A DNA stretch of 64,000 nucleotides from Rebecca billardiae RCC1528 (taxonomy: Eukaryota > Protista > Haptophyta), in the NCBI GenBank assembly GCA_965240325.2, contig OZ251229.1, forward strand, positions 1-64,000. The letters are read 5' to 3'. The notes beneath the pieces were generated by a model, which was not told the origin of the DNA, ran no database searches, and worked only from the letters and a program-made list of their open reading frames with translations. Positions 21,604 to 32,666 of the stretch are shown here, one piece after another. A program made the position numbers and the translations under genes. The stretch's first letter is position 1, and each line of letters begins with the position of its first letter.

Positions 21604-22677
21604 ATGGCGGCGCTCCACCACTTGCTCGCCGCGCTCGCCGTCTCGTGCGCGGCGCTGCGCGCGGCGCGGCTGCCCGCCGCGCGGCTGCCGCCCGGCCGGC
21701 CGGCGCGCGCCGCCGCGCCGCACGCGCCGCGCGCGCCGCCCAACGCCACGCTCTACTTCCACCACCTCGCCAAGGCGGCGGGCACGGCGTACGCGCGCGA
21801 GCTGCTCGGCACGCTCGCGCCCGCGGGCTGCCGGCGGACGAAGAGCGGCCGGGCGTGCCGCGCGGCGGCGGGCGATCTCGCGGGCGGCGGGTGCGAGCTC
21901 GTCACCTGCGAGAACGGCGGGCTGCGCGCGCGCCTCGACCGGCTGCGCGCCGCGCTGCCGCCCGCGCGCGAGGTGCGCGTCGTGCTGCTGCTGCGCGAGC
22001 CGGCCGCGCACGTGCGCTCGATGTGGGCGCACTGCCAGCAGGAGGGCGCGGAGGGGCTGCGCGCGCACGGGTACGCGCGCATCGGCTGGGCCGACTGGCT
22101 CCGCGCGTGGGCCGCGCTCGCCGACGCGGAGGACGCCGCCGCGCCGCCGCGGCCGCCGCGGCCGCCGAGCGCCGCCGCGCGCGCGCTCACCGCGCGCTAC
22201 TGCAAGTGGGACCCGCGCGACATCCAGACGGCGGAGCTGGGCGGCGCGGCCGGGCTCGGCGGCGCGCACCGCGCGCTGCACCGCGCGTGGGCCGTCGGCG
22301 TCGCCGAGCGCTTCGGCGACTCGCTCTGCGCGCTGCAGGCGCGGCTGGGCGCGCCGCGCGCCGCGTGCGAGTGCGGCGCGCGCTTTGCGAGCGTCGCGCA
22401 CTCGACGTGCACGGCGGCGGTGCGCGTGAGCGCGCGGGACGCGGCGCGCGTGGCGCGGCTCACGGCGCGCGACGCGAGGCTGCACGCGCACGCGGGGCGC
22501 GCGCTCGACGCCGCGCTCGCCCAGCTCGGCCTGCGGCCCAAGCGCGCGCGCTGCGCGGCCGCGGCCGACGGCGCCGTCGACCGCCGCCTGCCGCCGACCG
22601 GCGGCCGCGCCGCGCGCTCGGGCTGCGACCGCCTCCTCGCCCACAACCGGACGGCGGCGGCGGGCGGCGGGGGGTGA
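21604..22677 (+). CDS. Divergent sulfotransferase-family protein
   Basis: Signal peptide MAALHHLLAALAVSCAAL; 5'-PSB-like YFHHLAKAAGT; 3'-PB-like LLLREPAAHVRSMW; AVGVAERF..SLC motif. Confidence 0.75.
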   Translation: MAALHHLLAALAVSCAALRAARLPAARLPPGRPARAAAPHAPRAPPNATLYFHHLAKAAGTAYARELLGTLAPAGCRRTKSGRACRAAAGDLAGGGCELVTCENGGLRARLDRLRAALPPAREVRVVLLLREPAAHVRSMWAHCQQEGAEGLRAHGYARIGWADWLRAWAALADAEDAAAPPRPPRPPSAAARALTARYCKWDPRDIQTAELGGAAGLGGAHRALHRAWAVGVAERFGDSLCALQARLGAPRAACECGARFASVAHSTCTAAVRVSARDAARVARLTARDARLHAHAGRALDAALAQLGLRPKRARCAAAADGAVDRRLPPTGGRAARSGCDRLLAHNRTAAAGGGG

Positions 22678-24752
22678 CGCGCGGCCCGCGCCACGCCGCG
22701 CGCGCCCGCCGTGGGCGCTCGCGCGGTAGTAAGACTTCGTTCAGTGACCGGATGCATGCGGGCGGCTGCTAGCCGCGGCCCGCCGGCAGCCGCCGGTCAC
22801 AGACCGGCGCGCGTCAGATCCCGATGCAGTGACGATATATTGCTGCCCTATATATATATAATTGTCTCGCGCGATCGATTATGGGCGGGGTATAACTTGC
22901 CGGCAGCCCCGGCCGAGGCATCACGCAGTCCTGGAGCCCCAGGTGGGCACGCTCCCGCCGCAAGCATGGCGTCCGTGGGCCCCGCCTGCAGCAAGTCCGT
23001 CCGCGCCGCCTGCAGCGCCCACGGCGTGCAAGGCTGCACTCGCCGGGCCGTCGGCGGCGCCAGGCGGCTGATATGCCTATGCTCTACAGTACTGCTCCCT
23101 GGAAGAGTTCCCTACTGCCCTCGTCCCACCCACCCTACTGACCGGTTGTCGGTGGGGTGGGCATAGCAGCTTAGGGTTGGGGTCCGGTGCTGGGGGGTCG
23201 GGGGGGGGGCGGTGGCCCGCGGGGCCGCCTCTGCCGCTTACTCGGCGTCGCGCCTCCCCTATTATTGCGTGCGCGTTCGGGCAGATTAGGGCGTCGGCCG
23301 CTCGCGTCGTACGTGCATTGCCCAGCTCGGCCTCTGTTGGAGTTGTCATCGAGTCTGTCGTGTTCGGCCTCCACTCTCCAGGCGGCGTGCATTTAGGCGG
23401 CGCGTGCGATCGTATGACGTATCAGTCGGCATTGCCTCTATCGTGTACTTCCTGCTGTACGGCATCCGTGTACGGCACGAGGTCGAGGCGGTGTCGTGGC
23501 TCGATCGGCGGCGCGTGCACTTTGTTCTTCCAGCTCGGCTGCTCCTGGGGGACAGTCGGTTTCCCCACTGCCTCGTGTCTATCGACACGTTCAAAGCTCG
23601 CCGAGCAAGTTATATGCGCCAATCCGCTCCCGGGATACCATCGTCAACTGGTACTAGTAGTCCGGACTGCTTCTACTCTGACGACTCGTCATGGGCATGA
23701 TCGAGTCCACCGATATATATGACGCGATACGCGATTAGACGGCGCTCAGTCAGCCGGATCATATCGAGTCGTAGTATAGTATACTACTCGTCGTCGTCGA
23801 CTACGGACACGGTCGTCGTCTGCTGTACAGTGATGATCGGAAGACTCTGCAGCGCTGCTGAACTGCCGTAGGCCGTGCTGTGCTTAGCTACGCCGGCTGG
23901 GCTACGGCCGTACGGCTGCGCTAGTATCATTATCGTCGTCAGCACATATTGCTAAGTCGCGCGTCATCATGCATCATCGGCGTAGCAGTCAGCTGATCGT
24001 ATATAAAGACTTTACAGCTAGGACTCAGCATCACTGCGCTGACTGATGGGGAGCGCGCATGCGCTGTGATGATCCGGCCGGCGTCGTGATTACTGGCCCG
24101 ACGGACTGAGTGAGCCGGGCGGGCCGGACTGGTCACTCGGTCGCGGCGTCGTTCACTCTAGGCGCTGCAGTGCATCCGGGACCGTGATCGCCCTGGGAGC
24201 CGAGTGACACTGACCGTCTCAGGTCTAGCTGAGTCAGGACCGGCGGGGCGCGCGGAGTGTTACGCTGCTATATCTCAGAACGGGCGCGCGTAGTACGTAC
24301 CAGTGATTCAGAGTCGATCGAGCAGTCGTAGTCGTACGGCAGTATAGATCGAGAGAATATGATGCAGATGCTGATATGATGATGGCGACGATGTCGTGTG
24401 TGTGCATGCACATGATGAAGTATATATATATACATGCATAGTGTAGCGCGCGAGTTACTGGCGCGCGACGAGATCAGCAGCCGTCTGCAGCAGAGCCGAA
24501 ACTCGCGCCGCGGCGGCCCGGCCGCCGTGCCACGCTCGAGTCTCGCGGCCGTCCACCTCAGCGCGCGTCGGCATCAGCACATCGCCTCATGCATCCGCGC
24601 ATGCTGACCGAAGCTCGCCCAGACGGCTCGCGCGCTCATGCGGCGTGAGGAGCGCATCGCCGTGCCGTCCGAGGAGCGCGGGTCGGCGGCGGTGCGCGCG
24701 CCCTCCGGCTGCGGCTGCCGCGCGCCAGCCCGCGGCGCCGCGCGGCCGGGGC

Positions 24753-25748
24753 TTAGGGCCGCGGCGGCGCGGCGCGCGCGGGCCCGCCGTACCCGGCGGC
24801 GGCGCCGAGCGCCCACACCGGCGGGCGCGCGCCGCCGCCCCACGCGCGCGGCACGGCGGCCGGCGGCGCGCCCAGCGCGAGCAGCGGCGCCGCCGCGCCG
24901 CCGCGCGCGCGCGCGGGCTCGGCGCCGCCGCCGTGGCCGCGGCCGCCGCCGCCGCCGCCGCCGCCGGCGGCCGGGCGCGCGTGCAGCGAGCCGCAGCCCT
25001 TCGCGCCGGGCACGGCGCGCGCGATGCGGCTGGCGTACGCCTGCGCCACCGTGCGCGTCGAGAGCACGTACTCCTCCTCGCTCACGCTCAGCTGCGCCAG
25101 CGGCCCCGACAGCATCAGCCTGTGCTCGAGCGGCTCGTCGCAAAAGGGCGGCGCGGCCGGGCCCGTGTCGGCGGGCGGCGGCGCGCGGTGCGGCGAGGCG
25201 GGGTCGGCGAGGGCGGGCTTGGGCGGTGTGCCGAACGCGGCGGCCACGCGCGCGTCGGCGACCCCGAGCAGCCGCGCGAGCCGCACGCGCAGGTCGCGCC
25301 GCGTCGTGTTGAGCGCCGCGCGCGCGTCGCGCAGCCGCGTGTCGCACGCGCCCTTGAGCGGCTGGCGCGCGCGCGGGCCGACCGCGCCGACAAAGGCGCG
25401 CAGCACGGCGCGCGCGGCCTCGGGCGAGGCGGCGTCGACGCCGGGGCCGGTGAACGCGTCGGCGCCGCGCGCGCGCAGCACGGTGCCCAGCGTGCCCCGC
25501 CCGCGCGCCGAGCCCGCCGTCGCGCCCGAGCGCACGCCGCCCGCCGGCGCCGCCGCGCCCGCGCGCGCGCGCGCCGCGCCGCCCGCCGCCGCCTTGTAGA
25601 CGAGGTCTGCGAGCGAGCGCGTGCGCACGTGCAGCATGGCGGACTCGGTGTACGGCGCCCAGTCGAGCGAGTGGTTCCGCCGCGGCGGCGCGCCGGCGAG
25701 CACCTTGCCGTCGCAGCGCACGGACATGTTGCGCAGCGCCGGCCCGGC

Positions 25749-25782
<34 letters not shown>

Positions 25783-26492
25783 CGCGGCGGCGTCGGGCGC
25801 AGCGCGGCGGCGCGCGGGTCGCGCGCGGCGATGCGCGCGAGCTCGGCCGCGCGCCACATCGTCTTCACCGACGCGCTCGGCTGGAACCGCGCGCGCCGCA
25901 CCGCGCGCGCGAGCGGCGCCGCCGGGCAGCTGCGCTCCAGCAGCTCCATCGTGGCGGTGCGAAACTGTATGGCGCCGAGGGCGTCGGCGCCGCCGATGCG
26001 GCGGAGGTGCTCGGCGATGGTGGGCGCGTCGAGGACGAGGAACTCGTCCGTGTCGGCGAGCAGCACCCACTCCGCCCCGCGCACCTCCAGCGCGAAGCGC
26101 AGGCTCGCCTCCGCCGTGCGGTTCGACCGGCCGCCGCCCGGCGCGACGACGTGCACGCCGGCCATCGCGCCCACGGCGTCGTACGCGCGCTGCGCGAAGG
26201 GGGCGAGCGGCGGCGGCGTGGTGTTCACGATGATCACGTGGAAGCCGAGCGCGCGGTACCACGCCGCCCAGTGCGCCGCGTACGGCGCGTCGTGGTACGA
26301 GCGGCCGAGCACGACAAAGGCGTGCGGCGGCGGCGCCGGCGCCGGCTGCCGCGGCGGCGGCGCGGCGGCGGCGGCGGCGGCGTGCGAGGCGGCGTGCGGG
26401 GCGGGCGGCTTGGCGGGCAGCGCGCGCGCGGGCGCCGACAGCGCCGCGAGCGCGACGCCGAGCGCGAGCGCCGCGCGGCGCGGCGGGCCCAT
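24753..26492 (-). CDS. Glycosyltransferase, GT92/Glyco_tranf_2_4-like, with signal peptide or anchor
   Basis: MGPPRRAALALGVALAAL; HWAAWYRALGFHVIIV; DxD motif in EWVLLADTDEFLVL; later VKT and LHV motifs. Confidence 0.75.
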
Positions 26493-26755
26493 GGCGGCGG
26501 GCGGGGTGGGCAGAGTCCGACTCCGCGCGGCGGACCGTGACGTCGACTCGCGCGCGCCCGGCGCGCCGCGCAACTACTATCTACTGCTACTATGATGAGA
26601 AGTACTTATGATACGCGCGCTTGTCGCGTGTATACAGTATTATTCGCGAGGCGCTGCTGACGAAACAGGGGCAACATCATCACTACTAGACGTATGATAG
26701 CAGTAGTAGTAGGACTGGCGTGCGGAGTCAGTCCCGCTGAGCGGCATCAGTGGCT

Positions 26756-28577
26756 TCAGAGGCGCTCCATCTTGGCCATCAGCCCGGCGAGCTTGCGGAA
26801 GGTCTGCTGCATCTCGGGCGTGGTCATGTCCTCGGGCAGCGAGCCCGCCGGCGCCGCGCCCGCGCCCAGCAGCTCCATCGCCTGCGCCGCGCGGCGGCGC
26901 GGGCGCGCGCGTCGGCGCGCGCGCGCGGCGCGCGGCGCGCGCGCGGCGCGCGGCGCGCGCGCGCGCACCTGCTTGAGCTCGCCGATGGAGGCGCCCTGCG
27001 AGGTGAGCTGCTGGCGCAGCTCCTTGAGCATGCTGTCGTCCATCTGCCCCGAGTCGACCAGCGCCTGCAGCTGCTGCAGCGCGGGCAGCAGCTGGCGCAG
27101 CGCCTTGTCGTCCATCACGCCGCCGCCGCCCGGACCGCCGCCGCCGCCGCCAAACAGGCCGGGGCCGCCGCCGCCGCCGCCGCCGCCGCCGTCGGTGCCG
27201 AGCTGGCCGAGCATGAGCGCCTTGAGCTGCTCCTCGTACACCTTCTCCAGCCGCTTGTCCGTGATCCCCACCACCTGCGCCAGCCGCTCGATCGCCCCCG
27301 CCTCCGCCTCGGCGGCGCCGCCGGGCGCGCCCGCCGCCCCCATCAGCGAGCCCAGCGCCTCGGGCGAGCCCGCGCCGCCGGCCGCCTCGCCGAGCAGGCC
27401 GCCCATCATCGCGCCGACGCGGGCCTTGAGCAGCCGGTTGAGCTGCCGGTTGCTCGCGCCGCCCGCGTACAGGCCCCTCAACCCCGTGCCGCCGAACGCG
27501 AGCCCCATGCCGCCTGCGGCGCGCGCGCGCGCGCGCGGCGTGTGAGCGCGCGCGCGCCGTCGCGCGTCGCGCGCGCGGCGCGCGGGCGGCGCGCGCGCAC
27601 GCAGCAGCACGCCGATGGCGTCGATGGTGCGGTCGAGCCGCTCGAGCGCCTTGGGCGCGGCATCCATCGCGCCGTCGCCCAGCCCCGCCTTCGCCCCCGC
27701 CTCCACCGCCTCGATCGCCTCGTCCACCCGCTCCGTGAGCAGCGCGCGGGTCGCGCGCTGCACGGCGCCAATCTCGAGATTATCATCTCCCGCCAGAGAT
27801 CGCTCCTTGAGCAGCTCGAGCGCGCCGACGGCCTCGGGGGGCGGCCAGACCTCGTCGAGCGCGAGCACCGGCTTCGCCGCGCCCTCCGTCTCCTGCCGCA
27901 TCTGCTCCGCCGCCGCCAGCTCGCCCAGCGGGTCCGCGCCCTCCGGGATCGCGTCGAGGCGGCGCACCGTCACGGACGAGACGGCGGCCGCGCCGTCCGC
28001 GGCGGCGGGCGGCGGCGGCGGCGGCGCGGTGGACTCGCCGGGGCGGCGGACGGTGACGGCCATGGGCGGCGGCGGCGGCGGCGCGGCGGCGGCGCGCTCG
28101 GCCGCCGCCGCCTCCTCCTGCTTCTTGCGCTGCGAGCCGCGCGCGCGCCGGTGCGTGCGCGCGCGTCAGCCGCGCCGCGCGCCGCGCCGCGCGCGCGCAC
28201 GCGCGCACGCACGCGCGCACCTCCTCCTCCGCCTCGCGCTTGCGCTTGGCCTCCTCGCGCGCGGCCTCCTCCAGCGCGGCCTGCGCCGCCTCGATCGCCT
28301 CGACCGACGCGTCCACGCCCGCGACGAACGCCGCCGCGTACTCGCCTGCGCGCCGCAGGGCGCGCGCGGCGCGGCGCGCGGCTCGGCGGGCGGCGCGGCG
28401 GCGCGGCGCGGCGGCGCGCGGCGGCGCGCACCGATCCCGCTGTCGGCGTGGAGGAGCTGCGAGAGGGTCTCGCCCGCGGTGCGCGCCTTCTCGCGCCGGA
28501 ACAGCTGGCCCAGCCCGCCGCCGCCGCCCGCCGCCGCGGGCGCCGCGGCCGGCGCGGCGGCGGGCGGCGCGGCGAGC

Positions 28578-28633
<56 letters not shown>

Positions 28634-29356
28634 GCGGCTGAGCGTGCGCAGCGTGGCGAGCGGGTCGTCGTCGGCGTCGGCGGGCGAGGCGCTCACGTCG
28701 AGCACCGGCTGCGCCGCCGCCGCGCCCTCGCCCCCGCCCGGGGGCCCGCCCGGACCGCCCGGACCCGGCGCGTCGGGCACGAGTTTCGTCAACTGGCGGC
28801 GCAGCTCGTCCGTGCGGCGCCGCTCCGAGCGCGCGCGGCCCCAGACGGAGAGGGCCTGGCCCGAGGCGGCGGCGGCGCCGCCGACGACGAGCAGCGTGCG
28901 CGTCGACACGCCCGACGCGCCGTCCAGCTCCGCGTCCGCCGTCACCACCGCCGCCGCGCCGTCGCGCGCGCGCCGGCGGCCGGCGGCGGCCGGCGGCGCG
29001 TCCGCGCTCGCGGCCGCGGGCGCGGCGAGCGCGGCGGGCGGCGCGCGGAAGCCCGAGGCGCAGGCCCACGCGGCGAGGAGCGCGGCGCGCCGCAGCCGCT
29101 GCAGCCGCGCGAGCCACGCGCGCGCGCCGCGCGCCGCCGGCGCGGGCGGCGGCGGCGGCGGCTCGTCGCCGCCGCCGCCGCGCGGCGCCGCGAGCCGCGC
29201 CGCCGCGCGCGGGTGGGCGAGCGGTCGGCGCGCGCACGGGGCGGCGGCGGCGGCGGCGCGCGGCGGCAGGCGCGCCGGCCGCAGCGCCGCGCCCGCCGGC
29301 GCGCCCAGGTGCAGCAGCGCGAGCAGCGCGAGTGCGAGCGCGGCGCGGCCCCCCAT
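26756..29356 (-). CDS. Hypothetical protein with signal peptide and possible plastid transit region; 5 exons (introns 28346-28431, 28130-28220, 27514-27600, 26882-26968)
   Basis: GT-AG introns join three ORF fragments in phase; N-terminal MGGRAALALALLALLHLGAPAGA, an Arg/Ala-rich stretch, hydrophobic segments, a coiled coil and a helical C-terminus. Confidence 0.7.
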
Positions 29357-29569
29357 GAGCGTGCGTCGATTGATGAGCGCCGTCGGCGGTCGGCCCTGCT
29401 CACGAGCGTCGCTCTCGCCACGCGGACACGAGTCCGGGCGGATACGCCGGGCGCCTGCTCTGCGACCCCTCGCTTACGACCGGATACCCTTACTTACGTG
29501 CAATCTGGGGGTTGAGTGGCTTTCTGATACGACCACCCTGACCCGCATACGACCCGACATCGTAAGTCA

Positions 29570-29723
29570 GACTTGCATACTCCCCTCGCACATACGACGC
29601 GGGCAGTAAATCACGCGCGATTGACTTGCATACCCCCACGCGCACATACGACGCGGGCAGTAAATCACGCGCGATTGATGACTTGCGTACCCCCACGCGC
29701 ACATACGACGCGGGCAGTAAATA
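29570..29723. repeat. Tandem repeat, 53-57-bp unit, about 2.8 copies, between divergent genes
   Basis: gacttgcatac...cgcacatacgacgcgggcagtaaat at 29570, 29623 and 29680. Confidence 0.9.
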
Positions 29724-29769
29724 CTAACGTGCTGAGTCGGGCCGCGAGGCGGGGCCGCGGGGGGCTCGG

Positions 29770-30039
29770 ATGGCCGCGACGGCCGCCGCCACGGAGGGAG
29801 GCGGCTGGGAGGGCTTGGCGCTCGCGCTCGGCGCGGCGCTCGTGCTCGCGCTGCTGTGGTGCAGCGGCGCATGGCGCGCGATGAGCGCGATGGCGGACAG
29901 CTACAACCAGGCCTACATCGACGGCGAGGACGAGGCGGAGGCGGAGGCGGCGGGCGAGGCGGACGCGGCGGCGCGCCCGACCGCCGCGGCGCGCGGCGCG
30001 GACGACGCGGCGGCGGCGCGGCGGCGCAGGGCGGCGTGA
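29770..30039 (+). CDS. Small single-pass membrane protein (89 aa), or first exon of the downstream methyltransferase
   Basis: ATG in gene-like context; TM segment LALALGAALVLALLW; acidic tail; GC3-rich codons. Confidence 0.5.
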   Translation: MAATAAATEGGGWEGLALALGAALVLALLWCSGAWRAMSAMADSYNQAYIDGEDEAEAEAAGEADAAARPTAAARGADDAAAARRRRAA

Positions 30040-30047
30040 GCCGCGGC

Positions 30048-30914
30048 GTGCCGGCGGCGTCGCCGCGCGCGCGCGCACGCACGCACGTGCTCGTCGACGC
30101 GCGCGGCGCCGAGCTCCGCGTCGCGCTCGCGGACGCGGCCGCGCCGCACGGCCCCTCGGGAGTCGGCGGGCACGCGTGGCCGTGCGCGCGCGCGCTCGCG
30201 GCGCACGTGTGGGCGCAGCGCGAGGCGCTGGTGGCGGGGCGGCGCGTGCTGGAGCTCGGCGCGGGGCTCGGCCTGCCCGGCATCGCCGCCGCCCTCGCCG
30301 GCGCGCGCGCCGTCCTCCTCACCGACCGCGCGGACGGCGCGGCGCTGGCCGCGCTTGCGGCCAACGCGGCGCGCAACGGCCTGCGGCCGCGCGGCGCGCC
30401 GTGCGACGTGCGCGTGCGCGCGCTGGAGTGGGCCGAGCTCGCGCCGCTCCCGCCCGGCGAGGCCGCGGGCCCCGACCTCGTCCTCGCCGCCGACGTGTGG
30501 TACGAGCAGCACGGCTCCGGCCGCGAGTCCGGCCGCGAGTCCGGCCGCCGCGCGCCGCCGGCGGGGGCCGGCGCGCGCGCCGCGCCGCCGGCCGCGCCGC
30601 CGGCGGGCGCGGGCGTGTGCGAGGCCGCGGTCGCGGCCATCGCGCAGCTGCTGGCGATGGGCGGTGGCGGCGGCGCGGGGGGCGAGGCGCCGCGCTGCGT
30701 GTGCTGCTACGAGGAGCGCGACGAGGAGCTCAGCGCCGCGCTGCTCGGCCTGCTGCGCCGCTACGCGCTGAGCGCGCGCCCGCTGCCGCTGCCGCCGCCC
30801 GGCGCGTGCGCCGCCGAGGGCGCGGCCGAGCCGGCGGCGGGCGCGGGCTGGGGCGGCGAGCTCGTGCTGCTCGAGCTCCGGCTGCAGGCCGCGTGTGAGG
30901 CGTGGCGGCTCTGA
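30048..30914 (+). CDS. Seven-beta-strand protein methyltransferase, METTL21/METTL23 (Methyltransf_16) family; start uncertain
   Basis: GGHAWPCARALA; motif I VLELGAGLGLPG; VLLTD; LEW; DLVLAADVWY (DxxY). Confidence 0.85.
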   Translation: MPAASPRARARTHVLVDARGAELRVALADAAAPHGPSGVGGHAWPCARALAAHVWAQREALVAGRRVLELGAGLGLPGIAAALAGARAVLLTDRADGAALAALAANAARNGLRPRGAPCDVRVRALEWAELAPLPPGEAAGPDLVLAADVWYEQHGSGRESGRESGRRAPPAGAGARAAPPAAPPAGAGVCEAAVAAIAQLLAMGGGGGAGGEAPRCVCCYEERDEELSAALLGLLRRYALSARPLPLPPPGACAAEGAAEPAAGAGWGGELVLLELRLQAACEAWRL

Positions 30915-31133
30915 CACGCGCGGCTGCTGCCGCCACACTGTACGCGTAGTCACTTAGTGGTAGTGGTCACTCAGGTCAGAGGACTGATGGCGCTGACAAT
31001 GGCAGAGTAGGCACTCGAAAATGCAGCCGCCGCAGCCATCGTGCGGGGCTCGGCGCGAGCATCCGCCTTCGTCCGGCGCTGTGTGTGTCGTGCGGCGCGC
31101 GGCGCGGCGGCGGCGGCTGCGCGCGCGGGCGGC

Positions 31134-31751
31134 ATGACGATCCGCTTCGTGCTGATGGTGAACAAGCAGGGCCAGACGCGCCTCGCGCAGTACGTCAACA
31201 TGCACAACATCGAGGAGCGCTGCGCCCTCGAGTCGGAGGTGATCCGCAAGTGCCTCTCGCGCACCGAGACGCAATGCTCCTTCTACGAGTTCCGCGGGTA
31301 CAAGGTGGTGTACAGGCGGTACGCGAGCCTCTTCTTCATCGTCGGCGTGGAGGGGGACGACGAGGTGCGCGCGCGCCGCCGCCGCCGCCCGCGCCGCCGC
31401 CGCGCCCGCCGCCGCCCACCCACACCGCGCGCCCGCTCCGCGGCGGCTCAGAACGAGCTCGCGATTCTCGAGTTCATCCACGCGCTGGTCGAGACGCTCG
31501 ACCGGTACTTTGAGAACGTGTGCGAGCTGGACATCATGTTCAACCTCGAGAAGGCGCACTTCGTCGTCGACGAGATGCTGATGAACGGCTGCATCATCGA
31601 GGTGCGCGCGCCAGCCGCGCGAGCGAGCCGCGCGCCGCCGCCGCGCTCACCGGCCTCCGCCGCGCCTCCCCGCTGCGGCCGCGCGGCGCAGACGAACAAG
31701 AACAACATCCTCGCGCCCATCCACCTGCTCGACAAGGCGTCGGGCATGTAG
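31134..31751 (+). CDS. AP4S1: AP-4 adaptor complex sigma subunit (introns 31365-31451, 31602-31691)
   Basis: IRFVLMVNKQGQTRLAQY, YRRYASLFFIVG, NELAILEFIHALVETLDRYFENVCELDIMF, IIETNK after splicing. Confidence 0.95.
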   Translation: MTIRFVLMVNKQGQTRLAQYVNMHNIEERCALESEVIRKCLSRTETQCSFYEFRGYKVVYRRYASLFFIVGVEGDDEVRARRRRRPRRRRARRRPPTPRARSAAAQNELAILEFIHALVETLDRYFENVCELDIMFNLEKAHFVVDEMLMNGCIIEVRAPAARASRAPPPRSPASAAPPRCGRAAQTNKNNILAPIHLLDKASGM

Positions 31752-31827
31752 CGCGGCGCAGACGAACAAGAACAACATCCTCGCGCCCATCCACCTGCTC
31801 GACAAGGCGTCGGGCATGTAGCGCGGC
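31681..31827 (+). repeat. 70-bp perfect tandem duplication of the AP4S1 splice acceptor and terminal exon
   Basis: 31681-31750 repeated at 31751-31820. Confidence 0.95.
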
Positions 31828-32022
31828 GGCCGTGCTGCGCCCGCGCACAGGCCGCGCGCACTCCGCCTCACACGGCGCACACAGGCACTCTCCGCTACTG
31901 AGACTGCCCGCTGCCACAGTGGCCGAGTGGGCGTGGCGCGCGGGTTGGCATCGCGTGCTCAGTACGATCAGTAGGTAGCACAGCTTGACGATCCAGCGCG
32001 CGCATTATTGTACGACGACGAC

Positions 32023-32025
<3 letters not shown>

Positions 32026-32070
<45 letters not shown>

Positions 32071-32080
32071 TATATATAAT
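32026..32080. repeat. (TA)n microsatellite
   Basis: Direct reading. Confidence 0.9.
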
Positions 32081-32666
32081 CAACAGCATCATCATGGCTC
32101 TAGCAGCGCTATAATAATATAGCGCAGCGCTGTCGTCGTAGTACGACGACAACTCGGCGTAGGACCGTAGGACGGTACCTGTCACACAGGCAGGCGTAGG
32201 GCCGACGAGTAGTGCGTGCTGACAGCAAAGGCCCTGTGCCTCGACGATGATACGGTCCGCCCGGTGGCACGGTCACACAGCTCGGACACAGCAGAGTAAC
32301 AGACGACTGTAAAACAGACGACTGCGCTCGACCGTGCACCGACTGCACGGACCACGGTGACGGTGACGGGGCGGCGGGGCGGCACTCGCCGATATGATGA
32401 TGGCGCGACGACGATGCACGTGAGGCCCGGAGCCGCCGGAGATTGAGAAACGCGCGCACGTCGGCCCCGTGCGCATCGGAACGCCTCCAGGGCCCCGTCG
32501 TCGGCTCGCGCCGATGCGCGCGCGCCACCGCCCGCGCCCCGTCCCCGCCGCCAGCCGAGCGCCAGCCAGGCTGCCGCCCCACACCGCACACGGGTCGGCT
32601 GTGCACGCGGCCGGCCAGGAGCGGCGGCGGGCGGCGGCGCGTCGCGGAGGGCGTGACGTGCGCCGC

